Origin: an uncultured Pseudomonadota bacterium
GTDB lineage: Bacteria > Babelota > Babeliae > Babelales > CAIQNR01
DNA length: 64,000 nt
Direction of reading: 5' to 3'
Assembly (NCBI GenBank): GCA_964570505.1
Contig: CAZMYL010000001.1
Span: forward strand, 143,501 to 207,500
How positions within the stretch are numbered: position 1 is the first letter of the stretch; each line of letters starts with the position of its first letter. Under the pieces are notes generated by a model, which was given only the letters and a program-made list of their open reading frames with translations, did not search any database and was not told the DNA's origin. The position numbers were made by a program, and so were the translations under genes. Positions 63,576 through 64,000 of the stretch are shown one piece after another.

Positions 63576-63652
63576 TGGTGTGCCCGATAGGAATTGAACC
63601 TATGACCTACGGATTAGAAGTCCGTCGCTCTATCCAACTGAGCTACGGGCAC
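63576..63652 (-). tRNA. tRNA-Arg (anticodon TCT), CCA encoded
   Basis: Hand-folded: acceptor GTGCCCG/CGGGCAC, anticodon stem ACGGA/TCCGT with loop CTTCTAA, T arm ATAGG-TTCAATT-CCTAT. It is a paralogue of the tRNA at 59906-59982, with compensatory stem changes. Confidence 0.9.
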
Positions 63653-63716
63653 ATTTTAATGCATTAAGTTATAATTTAACTTAATAAGAATAAGTATAAG
63701 CTTTTTATAGATATTT

Positions 63717-64000
63717 TCAAATTATCCACTTTTTTCCATCAGGTAATACAAATAATGTTTTAAATTCTTGAAGTATTCGTTTAAGTTCTTCGTGTGTTTC
63801 TTGAGAAATATCTTTAGTTTCAGCAATTGTGTTGTAGAGTTTTGAATATACGGATTCAATATAACTTACAAATTGCATAACAAATGTATGAATATAAGCA
63901 GTCTCTACATCATTAATTTCATTATCTTGCAATACAAAAAGCATTAAAGCTTCTTCTATTAAAGAATAGGTCATATATTGAGATTGTTTAAGTATTTCTA
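63717..64000 (-). CDS. atpA: C-terminal part of F-type ATP synthase alpha subunit (ORF continues beyond the window)
   Basis: The minus frame is open to the window edge. ...EILKQSQYMTYSLIEEALMLFVLQDNEINDV...FVSYIES...ETHEELKRILQEFKTLF follows the conserved AtpA C-terminal pattern (ELLKQxQYxPxxxEEQVxxxxA...). The ATG at 63974 is internal. Confidence 0.6.
   Translation of the reverse strand, partial: EILKQSQYMTYSLIEEALMLFVLQDNEINDVETAYIHTFVMQFVSYIESVYSKLYNTIAETKDISQETHEELKRILQEFKTLFVLPDGKKWII

Overview
This is an AT-rich bacterial chromosomal window (roughly 30% G+C by eye), densely coding on both strands and using the standard code. GTG and TTG starts appear occasionally.

Backbone. The housekeeping genes fit a diderm bacterium with a reduced, host-dependent-looking repertoire:
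- a MATE pump followed by gatC-gatA
- a PAP2 phosphatase
- dusB-mreC and dnaX-der
- an NhaC-type transporter, dsbD and cca
- tolQ-tolR-tolA-tolB-ftsH
- a suhB-like gene and rpmB-rpsT
- mrdA plus a xerC/D-type recombinase
- nth
- mnmG-lgt-dnaG-rpoD
- a CNNM/CBS protein, ruvX, agcS, murE and the 3' end of atpA
- three tRNAs: Ala-GGC, Arg-CCT and Arg-TCT

I see no rRNA, no CRISPR array and no transposase.

Orphan genes. About 20 orphan ORFs are interspersed, and nearly all begin with signal-peptide-like N-termini. A lineage guess (an intracellular or host-associated bacterium such as a Dependentiae/TM6-like organism) is inference only.

Most notable observations:
1. An exported adenylosuccinate-synthetase (PurA) homologue has all of its catalytic motifs degenerate.
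2. Three tandem secreted paralogues have conserved ends and a hypervariable middle. Two of them form a perfect 766-bp tandem duplication.
3. A conserved ~45-bp upstream module sits in front of three unrelated secreted-protein genes. It carries a G/C homopolymer of 5, 7 or 9 nt between -35-like and -10-like boxes, so it is a candidate phase-variable promoter.
4. A duplicated der 3' end differs from the intact gene only by synonymous changes. The two copies bracket a 0.7-kb insertion at the edge of a 4-kb accessory mosaic, which also holds palindromic repeats and a direct-repeat-flanked DUF4143 ATPase cassette.
5. An 81-bp perfect copy of the murE 3' end, a decayed gene relic and a duplicated tRNA-Arg frame an HExxH protein gene.
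6. A membrane-anchored GAF/PAS protein carries a sigma-54-activator AAA+ module that looks ATPase-dead.
7. An operon at the 5' end encodes orphan exported proteins, one of them 1819 aa long.
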